Positions 19,407 to 29,269 of a DNA stretch of 64,000 nucleotides are shown one piece after another. Position 1 is the first letter of the stretch, and every line of letters begins with the position of its first letter. A program made the position numbers and the translations under genes. This DNA comes from Planctomycetota bacterium (GTDB lineage: Bacteria; Planctomycetota; B15-G4). Under the pieces are notes generated by a model. The model was given only the letters and a program-made list of their open reading frames with translations. It had not been told where the DNA came from and ran no database searches. Location: the NCBI GenBank assembly GCA_965248575.1, contig CBDFJQ010000002.1, positions 3,328,001-3,392,000 of the forward strand, in the 5' to 3' direction.

Positions 19407-20360
19407 TCAACTCGCCACGGCAGTGTAGGCCAGTACCAACGGGGCAACCAACAGCAGCGAATCGGCGAGGTCCAGAAAGCCGCCGGATTCGCCGAACAAG
19501 GTTCCGGAGTCCTTCACGTCGCAGGCGCGTTTGAGCAGCGATTCGGACAGGTCGGACACAACGGTCAGGCCACCGATGGCCAGTCCATGGAGCGCGGCGC
19601 CCCACCATCCACCTGGCACCAGGGCAGGACTACCCGTGGTCCCAAGGTCCTCTCCCAAGACCACCCCGTTCAGCAGGAAGGACGCCACGACGGTGGGTAG
19701 CAGCAGCCCGCCCACGAGCCCCTCCACCGTCTTGCCAGGGCTGATGGCGGGAGCCAACTTGTGCTTTCCGAAGCTCTTGCCGGCGAAGTAAGCCCCGATG
19801 TCCGAAGACTTCGCCACGAGCACCACGCCGATCACGAGCTCGAGCCGTCCGCCTAGCAAGAGCGACAGCAAGCACGACAGGCCGGCGGCATAGGGCACGC
19901 AGAACCACAGGCTCTTGGCGAGCATCATCACCGAGCGACCAGGTCCCTGGGCAATCCGACTGGCGAGGTACAGCGCCGCCATGGCCGAGGCCGCCGTGAG
20001 CAGGTCGCCGAAGCCCTGCAAGCCCGTGTGCCAACTCTCCGAGGATCCAAACAAGCCTTGCAGGGTGTCCGGTTGCAGGCCGGCGAGGACCATGACGACC
20101 AGCCACAGCACTCCGCCAAACATGCCCACATTGCGTTGCGGTGAGCTCGCCCCGCCGATGTTCAACAGCTCGTAGAGCGCGCCAAGGGTGAGCACGACTC
20201 CCAGGCTCGCAAGGGCCCAGGCAGGCGATGAGGGCCGGGACGCATCCAGCCACCACGCACCCAGGGTGATGGCGAGCAAGCCGCCGCCCATGAAGACGCG
20301 CCTCAGCAAGGCACCATCATCTCTGGATGGCCTCAGGGCTCGGATCGACCAGGCCGCCAT
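19407..20360 (-). CDS. cdsA: Phosphatidate cytidylyltransferase
   Basis: SDIGAYFAGKSFGKHKLAPAISPGKTVEG, DLSESLLKR, KDSG, GGFLDLADS motifs. Confidence 0.9.
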   Translation of the reverse strand: MAAWSIRALRPSRDDGALLRRVFMGGGLLAITLGAWWLDASRPSSPAWALASLGVVLTLGALYELLNIGGASSPQRNVGMFGGVLWLVVMVLAGLQPDTLQGLFGSSESWHTGLQGFGDLLTAASAMAALYLASRIAQGPGRSVMMLAKSLWFCVPYAAGLSCLLSLLLGGRLELVIGVVLVAKSSDIGAYFAGKSFGKHKLAPAISPGKTVEGLVGGLLLPTVVASFLLNGVVLGEDLGTTGSPALVPGGWWGAALHGLAIGGLTVVSDLSESLLKRACDVKDSGTLFGESGGFLDLADSLLLVAPLVLAYTAVAS

Positions 20361-21060
20361 ACTTGCGCGTGCGCCCCCCGAAGTCGCTCAGGGCCGCGTG
20401 CAGCTCCTCGATCGTGAACTCCGGCCAACAGGCTTCCGTCACGAAGATCTCGGCATAGCTCACCTGCCAGAGCAGGAAGTTGCTGATGCGATGCTCGCCC
20501 GCCGTCCGCACCAGCAAGTCGGGATCGCGCCCCGGCTGATACAGCCGCGCGCTGATGGACTCTTCGTCGATGTCTTTCGCCGCCAGGGTGCCCGCCGCCA
20601 CCTCCCGGGCCATCCCGCGCACGGCGTCCACGATCTCTGCACGCCCGCCATAGGACAGCGCCAAGCAGAGGTTCAGTCCGTCGTTCCCCGCCGTCATCTC
20701 GATCGAACGGTTCAGTTCTTCCCGTGCCGCGCCCGGCAGGTCGTCCAAGCGACCGATGGCTGTAAGCCGCACGTTGTTGTCCATCATCGTGGGCCGCTCG
20801 CGCACCAGGAACTTGCGCAGCAGGCGCATCAGGAAGCTGATCTCGGTGCGCGGGCGCTTCCAGTTCTCGTGGCTGAAGGCGTAGAGCGTCAACTGCTCCA
20901 GATGCAGCTTCGCGCACTCGGTGGTGATGGTCCGGATCGTGTCCGCGCCGCGCTCATGCCCCCGGGTCCGTGCGAATCCCTGCTTCTCGGCCCAACGCCC
21001 GTTGCCATCCATGATGATGGCCAGGTGACGGGGCAGCTTGGCAGGGTCGAGACCCGTCAT
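20317..21060 (-). CDS. uppS: Undecaprenyl-diphosphate synthase (isoprenyl transferase)
   Basis: HLAIIMDGNGRWA, YAFSHENWKRP, YGGRAEI, DLLVRTAGEHRISNFLLWQ motifs; ATGA overlap with purA. Confidence 0.95.
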   Translation of the reverse strand: MTGLDPAKLPRHLAIIMDGNGRWAEKQGFARTRGHERGADTIRTITTECAKLHLEQLTLYAFSHENWKRPRTEISFLMRLLRKFLVRERPTMMDNNVRLTAIGRLDDLPGAAREELNRSIEMTAGNDGLNLCLALSYGGRAEIVDAVRGMAREVAAGTLAAKDIDEESISARLYQPGRDPDLLVRTAGEHRISNFLLWQVSYAEIFVTEACWPEFTIEELHAALSDFGGRTRKYGGLVDPSPEAIQR

Positions 21061-22343
21061 CCCAGGCTCCGGATGATCGTCGACTCCCGGGCGGGGCCCA
21101 CCGACAGCAACTCCCAAGGCACACCCACCCGCTCGCAGATCTCGTCCACGAACCGGCGGCAGCTCTCCGGCAAACCGTCGTAGGTACGCACCTTGCGGAT
21201 GTCCTCGCTCCAGCCGGGACGCATTTCGATCACGGGCTTGGCTCGCTCGACCAAGGGCGTGTCCACCGGATACTCGTCCACGCGCCCGAGGCCCTCGATA
21301 TCGTAGCCCACCACCAGGCCGATCTCCTGCATGCCGGAGAGAACATCCAGCTTGGTGAGCGCCAGGCCGCCGAAGCCACAGAGTTGGGCCGCATAACGAG
21401 CTGCGGGCACATCGAACCAACCGCAGCGTCGAGGCCGACCCGTGGTGGCGCCGAACTCCCCGCCGTTCGTGCGGATCTGTTCGCCCACCTCGTCGTGCAA
21501 CTCGGACGGGAAGGGGCCGGAACCCACGCGCGTGCAGTAGGCCTTCGCGACCCCGATCTGGTGCCCCACAGCCGTCGGCGGCACACCGGTGCCAGCGGCA
21601 ATCCCCAGGCTGTCGGAGTTGCTGGACGTCACGAAGGGGTAGGTGCCGTGGTCCAGGTCGAGCAGCACACCCTGTGCGCCCTCGAAGAACACATGCTTGT
21701 CCTCGGCTATCAGCGCCCGCAGCCGGCGACCCGTGTCGGTCACCATGGGCGCGAGGCGCCTTCCCTGCTCGCGAGCCGTCTCGAACATCTCGTCCGAGGC
21801 CAGAGGCTCGGCGCCGTGGATGGCCGTAATGTAGCGGTTCACTTCGGCGACGTTGGCCTCGATGCGCACCCGCAGACGGTCCTCATCCACGAGGTCCCAG
21901 AGGCGGATGCCCCGGCGGTTGGCCTTGTCCGCGTAGGCAGGGCCGATGCCGCGGCCCGTGGTGCCGATCTTGACGCCGGCCTTCTCGCCCTCTTGCATGC
22001 CATCGATGACGCGGTGGTAGGGCATCACGCAATGCGCAGCGCCGGACAAGAGCAGGCGTTCACCCAGCTTGAGGCCGCGGCTCTCGAACTGGTCGATCTC
22101 GTCGAGCAGGACGACCGGATCGACCACGACACCGTTGCCGATGACATTGAGCTTCCCATCGTGCAGCACACCGGAGGGCAGCAGGTGGAAGACGAACTTC
22201 TCCTCACCCACGATGACCGTGTGCCCGGCATTGGCACCGCCTTGGAAGCGCACGACCACGTCCGCCTTGTCGGCGATCAGATCGATGATCTTGCCCTTCC
22301 CCTCGTCACCCCATTGGGCGCCGATCACGCTGGTTGCAGGCAT
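21057..22343 (-). CDS. purA: Adenylosuccinate synthetase
   Basis: GAQWGDEGKGK, GGANAGHT, GTYPFVTSS, GATTGRPRRCGW motifs. Confidence 0.97.
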   Translation of the reverse strand: MPATSVIGAQWGDEGKGKIIDLIADKADVVVRFQGGANAGHTVIVGEEKFVFHLLPSGVLHDGKLNVIGNGVVVDPVVLLDEIDQFESRGLKLGERLLLSGAAHCVMPYHRVIDGMQEGEKAGVKIGTTGRGIGPAYADKANRRGIRLWDLVDEDRLRVRIEANVAEVNRYITAIHGAEPLASDEMFETAREQGRRLAPMVTDTGRRLRALIAEDKHVFFEGAQGVLLDLDHGTYPFVTSSNSDSLGIAAGTGVPPTAVGHQIGVAKAYCTRVGSGPFPSELHDEVGEQIRTNGGEFGATTGRPRRCGWFDVPAARYAAQLCGFGGLALTKLDVLSGMQEIGLVVGYDIEGLGRVDEYPVDTPLVERAKPVIEMRPGWSEDIRKVRTYDGLPESCRRFVDEICERVGVPWELLSVGPARESTIIRSLG

Positions 22344-22447
22344 GGTTGAGGGGGTTCCCGAGAGGCCGAACGGGGCACCTTAGACCGCCCGGGAGCCGGT
22401 CGCAAGCCACAGCGCCCCGCGGCCCCGGGCAGCGCGCCCGCCAGGCC

Positions 22448-25000
22448 TCAGCCGCCGCAGGAGTCCTCGCGGCTGCCGCCGGCGCCGATGTACCCGAGAG
22501 CTTTCAGCGTCTCGAAGGAGTCTCCATCGCTGCCCTGCCCCGGAGCCTGGACCCGGTGCTCCAGAATCCACTGGTTGGCGGCTTCCAGGAACGACCGGAG
22601 CAAGTCGGCCTCCTGGCCGGTAGGAGTCAGGGGGTCGAGCTCATGGGGGTCCCGCACCAAGTCGAAGAGGCACAGGGAGCCGGACCCCTCCTCGCCCTCC
22701 ACAGGCAGCCGTTGAAGCAGCATATGGGTGTCGCTGCGCACGGCTCGCAGGGGCCTGCGCATGGGGTCGCCCAGGCCATCGAGGGCGAGACCCTTGTTCG
22801 TCTCCGTGGGCGCGAAGCGTCGGGGCGTGAGGTCGTAGTACAGATCGTCCGCCTCGAAGGGGACCTGCAGCAACTTGAGCACCTCCGCGTGCACGCCCAC
22901 CGTGCTCACCACCTCCCGCACGCGCTCGGCCTCCACCCCCGACGGCTCAGCCGAGGCGAAGCCCTGCAGCGCCCCGGCCGTGGTCACCATCAGCGGCACA
23001 TGGATCGTCTCCTTGTGCAGGTTGCTGCCGTGGCCCCAGAGCCCGTGCTCCAGGAACTCCTCACCATGGTCCGCCGTGAGCACGATGGCCGTGCTCGGCG
23101 CGAGCCCCAGGCGGTCGATGGACGCGAGCAGCTGCCCCAACTGATCGTCGAAGTAAGCGATCTCACCCAGGTAGCGTTGACGCAAGAAGCGCACGTCAGG
23201 GTCCTGGGGCCCTAGCAGCTCGCCACTCGTGTAACGCTGCTTCAAGCGGAGTTCGGTCTCGAAGATGTCCCAGCCCAGATAGTCGGGCTGGACGAAGCGA
23301 TCCTGCCAGTCCCCCGGGGCATCCACGGGCATGTGCGGATCGAAGTAGTGCAGGAAGAGCAGGAACTGCTGGCCCACATGGTTCTTCAAGAAGGCCTCGG
23401 CCTGGGCATTCACCTGGCGAGCGTTCTTGAAGGGCATGAACCCGTAGGTCTCGAAGCCCCGCCCATAGCCGGCATCCTCTGCCAGCAGGGTGTTCGTGAC
23501 GAACGCTGCGGTCACCACGCCCTCGGCGCGCGCCCGCTCCGCGAGGGTGGGCAGGGCATAGGGAATCACCCGCTGGAGATTGGCCACGACCCCGTGCGCC
23601 GACGGCAGCACCCCCGTCAGCAGGGACGCGGTGGTCGGAGCTGTCCAAGAGCTGGGGACGATAGCGTGTTCGTAGACCACGGAACGCGACGCCAGGCGAT
23701 CCAGGTTGGGCGTCAGCCCCGGCTCCAGCCCGCCGAAGGGGTCGAGCACATCGGCGCGCAAGGTCTCCACCTGGATCAAGATGACGGACGGTTGGTCGGC
23801 GCTGGCTAGCCGACGCGGCACGGCGACCGGCGTCGTGAGCTGAGGCGCCGCGAAGCCCAGGCGGGTCGTGCGTGCCACGAACTCCACCGGCTCATAGACT
23901 CCCGTGACGTAGTTGGCCACCTGCTGCTGCACGGCCCCGGAGCCCACGTCCACGACCTCGGCGCGCAGGCTCAGCCGTCGCCCGCGCCCGGCGTAGGCTC
24001 CCAAGGGGACGGCGACGTCCACCCAGTCCACGCCTGAGACCTCCAGCCGCGCCACTTCGGTGTCGTCCACCACGACCAGCAGCCGGCCTCGGGCATCGCT
24101 CGGGAGTCGATCGTCCATGGCCAGCGCGCCGCGCAGCATGCTCTGCGCTGCGAGATCCACCTCGGTGTCGAACTGGGCTTCGCCTGTGAAGGCCATGGCG
24201 TGGCGACCGATCCGACCCGTGAAGCTGCCCACCACCTCGATGGCGGGATGCTCCACAGGCTGATCCTGGCCGGCCTGCTCACCACTCAACGGCCGGCGGC
24301 TGCCCAAGGTCACTTGAGTCTCCGGCTCGCCGCCAGCGGGCTCGCCTTGCTCTGCCTCCTGCGCGTCTCCGCTGGCCGGGACCGTCCAGGCGGCTGCCAG
24401 CCACTGCTCCTGTTCAAACTCCAGGGGATGGTCCACTGGATCCAGGAGCAAGGGCTCGTGCACGACCCGTGGCGAGAGCAGGGCGACAAAGCTTCCGGGT
24501 GGCACATCGCCCTCGGAGATGACCTCGAACTGGAGCGTCTCAGCCCCCTCGGGCAGCGCCAAGGACACCGACACGAAGGGCCCCTCTCTCAAGGGAGCAT
24601 CCGCTGCATGCATGTCCAGGGACACGCCCGGGACATCCACTTCCACCCGGCGCGGGACGCCACCGGAGGACCCAGCTCCCACCACGCTCACGACCAAGCG
24701 ACAGGCGCTCGCGTCCCCCCCCTTGCCTTGGACGAGCCGTGACACCCGCGTCGAGAACCGCCCCGGGCGAGCACCGACATGCCAGCGCAGCACGCAGTTG
24801 CGGGTGAAGGGCACGATCGCCACCTGCTCGCGATCGGGGTTCGGGTTGGGCAGGTCGGGCCAGACATACAGCTGCGGCGGCTGCAGGAAGCCCTGGACGA
24901 ATTCGAGCCGATCCCCATCCAGGAACATGTCCCGGCGGATGTCGACTTCGAGCAACGGCGTCGTACGCCACGGCCGCAGCACACCCAGGACGATCACCAT
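22448..25000 (-). CDS. Membrane-anchored sulfatase-like hydrolase/transferase (alkaline phosphatase superfamily) with N-terminal beta domains
   Basis: ETLRAD, SSWTAPTTASLLTG, HYFDPH, TADHGEEF, HG motifs, C-terminal LKALGY. True start may be CTG 25057. Confidence 0.85.
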   Translation of the reverse strand: MVIVLGVLRPWRTTPLLEVDIRRDMFLDGDRLEFVQGFLQPPQLYVWPDLPNPNPDREQVAIVPFTRNCVLRWHVGARPGRFSTRVSRLVQGKGGDASACRLVVSVVGAGSSGGVPRRVEVDVPGVSLDMHAADAPLREGPFVSVSLALPEGAETLQFEVISEGDVPPGSFVALLSPRVVHEPLLLDPVDHPLEFEQEQWLAAAWTVPASGDAQEAEQGEPAGGEPETQVTLGSRRPLSGEQAGQDQPVEHPAIEVVGSFTGRIGRHAMAFTGEAQFDTEVDLAAQSMLRGALAMDDRLPSDARGRLLVVVDDTEVARLEVSGVDWVDVAVPLGAYAGRGRRLSLRAEVVDVGSGAVQQQVANYVTGVYEPVEFVARTTRLGFAAPQLTTPVAVPRRLASADQPSVILIQVETLRADVLDPFGGLEPGLTPNLDRLASRSVVYEHAIVPSSWTAPTTASLLTGVLPSAHGVVANLQRVIPYALPTLAERARAEGVVTAAFVTNTLLAEDAGYGRGFETYGFMPFKNARQVNAQAEAFLKNHVGQQFLLFLHYFDPHMPVDAPGDWQDRFVQPDYLGWDIFETELRLKQRYTSGELLGPQDPDVRFLRQRYLGEIAYFDDQLGQLLASIDRLGLAPSTAIVLTADHGEEFLEHGLWGHGSNLHKETIHVPLMVTTAGALQGFASAEPSGVEAERVREVVSTVGVHAEVLKLLQVPFEADDLYYDLTPRRFAPTETNKGLALDGLGDPMRRPLRAVRSDTHMLLQRLPVEGEEGSGSLCLFDLVRDPHELDPLTPTGQEADLLRSFLEAANQWILEHRVQAPGQGSDGDSFETLKALGYIGAGGSREDSCGG

Positions 25001-25053
25001 CCCGATGACCAGGGCCAGCAGGATCCGCGTGCCCGAAGCTCCGCCCGATCTGC

Positions 25054-25521
25054 TCAGCGGTCAGCCTCCGACGTCTGCGCCTCGGCATGCTGGGCTGCCC
25101 CGCGCTTCACGGCCTCCAGCACAAAGGCGTCGTACAACTGCTGTTCAAGAATGAGGTCCTTCTGCGGAGGCATCCGGCTTCCGCCGGGCATGCCCGGCAC
25201 CTGCACATGGCGGACCAGCGCGAGCATCTCCACAATCGTCTCGCCGTCGCCCGGCACGAAGTTGACGTAGAGCGTGAGCGTCCGGGACTCATCCCCGGCC
25301 CAGGTCACTTCCATGGTGTCTGTCTTGCGGTCGATCTTGGTCTCGTAGCCGCCACCGAACAGGGCATGGAATTCCTGGAGCACCACCTCGTTCACCAGAT
25401 GGACCGCAGCCTCACGACCCACGCCCTTCAGGGGGTACGGGCTGAAATCCAGGACCTGGTCCGACTGGACAAGACCACAGCAGGGCAGCAGGGCGAGCAC
25501 GAGCAAGAGGGCGCGACGCAT
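25054..25521 (-). CDS. Hypothetical lipoprotein
   Basis: MRRALLLVLALLPCCG lipobox-like signal; co-directional with its neighbours. Confidence 0.65.
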   Translation of the reverse strand: MRRALLLVLALLPCCGLVQSDQVLDFSPYPLKGVGREAAVHLVNEVVLQEFHALFGGGYETKIDRKTDTMEVTWAGDESRTLTLYVNFVPGDGETIVEMLALVRHVQVPGMPGGSRMPPQKDLILEQQLYDAFVLEAVKRGAAQHAEAQTSEADR

Positions 25522-25629
25522 GGCAGGACCTCGGAGGGCGACGCTCAGGGAGCATGCAAGGCGATCATTCTCATCCGCCCGAGCGTCCGGCCACAAGCAC
25601 TAGCCCACGAACTGCTCCAGCTCACGTGG

Positions 25630-28600
25630 TCAGGGGGCGCTTTCCAGCAGCTCTTCGGCGAAATCCAGGCGCGCATGCGCCTCCGCGGGATCGCCACGGA
25701 TCCAGCCCATGACTCCGTGGCCCCATTCGTGCACGACCCGGGCCCCCAAGCCCCGAGCCTCTGCGGTGGCCTTCAGAATGAGCTGCTTCAGCTGCGCCAG
25801 GGTCTGCTCCTCACGCTCGACGAAGTGCTCCGTCTCCGCGGACCACGTTCCGGTGAAGGCCTGCTCCAGGAGTTCCCATGCCTGCTCCTCTTCATGGAAC
25901 ACCCTGGCCAAGGCCTGGTCCCGCCTCACGATGGCGTCGGTGACCAGCGAGCGAGGTGCCATGGCACCGAAGGTCACGAAGCTGTATCGATCCGCCACGG
26001 CACACAGCCGTGAGAGCCTGGACATGTGCTCGGCATAGGTCGCGAGCTGCCTTTCGTCCAAGGGCAACGGGCGCGCTCGGGAAGCGGCATCCGGCATCGA
26101 GAGATAGGCCTCATGGGCAAGGCTCAGGATCAAGTCTGCCAAGACGCGGTCGCGCCGCGCGTCCGGCGCGCCGGCTACAGGCTCCAAGAGGGGCATGCCC
26201 ACGAACAACAGCTGACCCTTGCCATATGGAACGGCCGCCACGCTCGTCCCCATCTTCTGTCGGAAGTGGTTCAGCGTAATGGCTGCCGCGCGCGTGCGTT
26301 CCGGCGGGGCCCCCACCAACATGGCACCGGGTGCGAGGGAGGCCTCATCGCTCTGCAGAAGACGGGGGTGGGAGTCTTCAGGAATGCGCGGCTCCTCACC
26401 CCTGGGCCGCTCGAAGGCCATGGGCAGCAGAGCCCCCGGTTGATGGGGCTCGTCTCGCTCCAGGATGGCGTGGGTCCTGCCCATGAAGTTGCCCGCGGCC
26501 AGACCCACCCCCAGACGCACCGGGAGGTGTGGCAGCAGACGCACTCCGCGACGACTGCCCGCGATCCTGCCGATGTGATCATGTGGCAGGTCGCCCATGA
26601 ACACGACGGCCAGCCCGCCCTCCCAAACGGTGCGCCAGATGCGCAAGAGATCCTCGGCCGACACGGAGTCGCCGAGTTCGAGGGGCTGCTCGATGGCCAC
26701 GACCGGGATCGCTTCTTCCGGGTCCAGCAGCGTGCTCAGCCCGAAGCCCTCGCGCTGGGCGAAAGCCGTCAGGGCCGCGCTGCCCTCAGGCAGGACCAGC
26801 CGCACCCGCTTGAAGTCGCCGTCCGGCCCCCACATGACGCGACGTTCCTTGGGTGCTTCGGAGACCACCACCTGGGTCTTGGCCCTGCTCGCCACCATGA
26901 CCTCACCCGATGCATCTGCCAGGTAGGCTCGGAACTCCACGGTCCCGGGCTCCGACATACGGAAGGCCTCTTCGGAAAGCCTGGTGACTCCCGGCGGGAA
27001 CACCTGCCAGTCGAAACCCCGCCCCACGGCCCCATCCACATGGCGCACGGCGCCCGTCGCGTTCAACACGACGCTGCCTTCCAGGGCGGCGCCCGTGTCA
27101 TTCACCACCGCGACGTCCACGCGCTGCAGCTCACCCACGGTGCACGACGCCTGGGCTGGCAGGACCGTCAGTTGGAGGGGCGCCAGGGCTTTCGCCATGG
27201 CGTCGTACGCAGGTCGTGGGTCTCCCCAAGCCTCCAGGAGACCCGCACTTGCCTCGGAGCTCACACTCTGCCACTGGGTGTACACGCTTCCCACGAGACG
27301 CGGGTTCGCACGCAGCAGCTCGACCATGTCCGCGGTCATGCCGGCGTGCACCGCTTGTGCTGAATCGCGCCAAGCCAGTTCGTCCCATGTGTCCCTGGCA
27401 GCCACGGAGGCGCGGGTACGAATCCGCATCGCGTCGAAGGTGTTCCGTTCGACACCCAGCACGCCCCGACTCTCGAACTCTGCCACGTCGGCTTCCGTAT
27501 CCAGAAGGGCTCCGTAGCCGAACTCTGAAACGAAGACCGGGCCTTCGGGGGCGGACAGCCCGAGCATGCGCTCCCGCTCTGCGAAGGGGATCGGGCAGGG
27601 CGGGTAGATGTGCTCGTCGAGCATGAGCTCCAACGCATCGCCTCCGGCTGGGACGTAACGCGAACGGAAGAAACCGCCCGAGTCCTCCAGCACGGGGCGG
27701 GTGGCGTCCAGGGACACCAGATGCTGGGTCACGGGCCAGCCCAGAAGATGGGCGTCACCACTCAGCTCGTTGAGCACGCCCCACATCACGATGGACGGAT
27801 GGTGCTGGTCGCGCCGCACCATCCACTCCACCTCATCCTTCAGCCAGCCCTCCAGCTTGGGCGACATGTCCACCCAGCCGATGGAAGGCTCTTCGAGCAC
27901 CATCAGCCCGTAGCGGTCGCAGGCATCCAGGAAGGCGGTGGGCGCGGGGCGCACATGGGCGCGCACCAGGTTGAAGCCCACCTCAAGCATCTGCTGTACC
28001 TCCTGCCGCAGGAAGTCGCTGGAAGGGTAGAGCCCGCCGAGGCCCACGTAGTGCGGCTGGTACAGGACCCCCAGCAGGGATCGGCGGATGCCATTCAGGA
28101 TGAAACCGTCGGTCCCCAGCTGCACCGTTCGGAAGCCGAAGGGGCGCTCGTCGTCCGCCTGCTCTGCGCGTGCATCGCCGTGGACCTGCAGACCCATCAG
28201 GTAACGCCAGGGGCTCTCGGGCTCCCAGAGCTGATGGCCCGGAACGTCTACCGTCATGGAGATCTCAGCCCGCCCTTCATGCACGTTCACCCGGTGTCGG
28301 GCCATGGCGAGCGCTGGAGGACGGAAGTCGTCTCCCTCCGGAAGTGCGGAGCGAAGCGCCAGGGGGCGAGCGCGCAACTCGACTTCCACATGCCGCGAGC
28401 GTCCGTCGTCGGGCGCCCGCAGCGAGACGTCCACGTGCACGCGGCCGGTTTCAGGGTCGGGCACAACCCGTTCGATGCGCCCCTGCACATCGGCATGCCC
28501 TCGCAAGCTCACGGGCCCGAGGATGCCCCCGAAGTTCTCGTACCAGCTCTCCTTGGAGTGGGGCACCGTGGCCAAGCTCAAACCGTCGATCTCTTCGCCC

Positions 28601-29190
28601 CCCGGGTCCACGACCCGCACCACGAGCTCGAGCTTCCGGGCGGAGGCGACGGCTTCACTCACATCCAGCTCGAAGGGGTCATAGCCGCCGGTGTGCTGCC
28701 CCACGAAGTGGCCGTTGATCCACACTTGGCAGGCGTGATTGACCCTTTCGAAGGCCAGAACGGTGCGCATCCCCGTCGGCCGGGGGAGCACCACATGGCG
28801 CCAGTACCAGACGACGCCATCGTAGACCCCTGCAGATTGCCGCGACTCGAAGGCCCTTGGCACGTTCATGGAGGAAACCGCCCCCGCGCTGGGCGGGGGT
28901 GAACCGGAGCGTGCTATGGCTGCTGGCCAATCCTGCTGGAGCCCGACGTTCTCGGGGTCCTGGACGAAATTCCACGGGCCGTCGAGAGACAGGGAGAATC
29001 GCTCGTCCATGTCCGGTGCGCTGTCGACCGGCACGCCACCGCCATTCGGCCGCACGAGGGCCAGCGCGTCCTGCAGACCCGCCGCATCACAAGCCATGCC
29101 CAAAGCCATCAGACAGACCCCGAGACACGCAACGTGGATTCGCCACGGCGTGAACGGGAAGATGCGTTGTCTGGAGTTTGCCGTGACCAT
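25630..29190 (-). CDS. Glycoside hydrolase family 2 with long C-terminal extension
   Basis: SLDGPWNF, WYWR, HTGGYDPF, FGFR, GFNLVRAH, HPSIVMWGVLNE (acid/base) and VSEFG (nucleophile). Start uncertain. Confidence 0.88.
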   Translation of the reverse strand: MVTANSRQRIFPFTPWRIHVACLGVCLMALGMACDAAGLQDALALVRPNGGGVPVDSAPDMDERFSLSLDGPWNFVQDPENVGLQQDWPAAIARSGSPPPSAGAVSSMNVPRAFESRQSAGVYDGVVWYWRHVVLPRPTGMRTVLAFERVNHACQVWINGHFVGQHTGGYDPFELDVSEAVASARKLELVVRVVDPGGEEIDGLSLATVPHSKESWYENFGGILGPVSLRGHADVQGRIERVVPDPETGRVHVDVSLRAPDDGRSRHVEVELRARPLALRSALPEGDDFRPPALAMARHRVNVHEGRAEISMTVDVPGHQLWEPESPWRYLMGLQVHGDARAEQADDERPFGFRTVQLGTDGFILNGIRRSLLGVLYQPHYVGLGGLYPSSDFLRQEVQQMLEVGFNLVRAHVRPAPTAFLDACDRYGLMVLEEPSIGWVDMSPKLEGWLKDEVEWMVRRDQHHPSIVMWGVLNELSGDAHLLGWPVTQHLVSLDATRPVLEDSGGFFRSRYVPAGGDALELMLDEHIYPPCPIPFAERERMLGLSAPEGPVFVSEFGYGALLDTEADVAEFESRGVLGVERNTFDAMRIRTRASVAARDTWDELAWRDSAQAVHAGMTADMVELLRANPRLVGSVYTQWQSVSSEASAGLLEAWGDPRPAYDAMAKALAPLQLTVLPAQASCTVGELQRVDVAVVNDTGAALEGSVVLNATGAVRHVDGAVGRGFDWQVFPPGVTRLSEEAFRMSEPGTVEFRAYLADASGEVMVASRAKTQVVVSEAPKERRVMWGPDGDFKRVRLVLPEGSAALTAFAQREGFGLSTLLDPEEAIPVVAIEQPLELGDSVSAEDLLRIWRTVWEGGLAVVFMGDLPHDHIGRIAGSRRGVRLLPHLPVRLGVGLAAGNFMGRTHAILERDEPHQPGALLPMAFERPRGEEPRIPEDSHPRLLQSDEASLAPGAMLVGAPPERTRAAAITLNHFRQKMGTSVAAVPYGKGQLLFVGMPLLEPVAGAPDARRDRVLADLILSLAHEAYLSMPDAASRARPLPLDERQLATYAEHMSRLSRLCAVADRYSFVTFGAMAPRSLVTDAIVRRDQALARVFHEEEQAWELLEQAFTGTWSAETEHFVEREEQTLAQLKQLILKATAEARGLGARVVHEWGHGVMGWIRGDPAEAHARLDFAEELLESAP

Positions 29191-29269
29191 GATCTTCGAC
29201 AGCGTGAATGTTCTCAGGACGGAGCCGGACTCCAAACTGGCCTGCCAGGGCTCTGGAGCATATCGGCAA

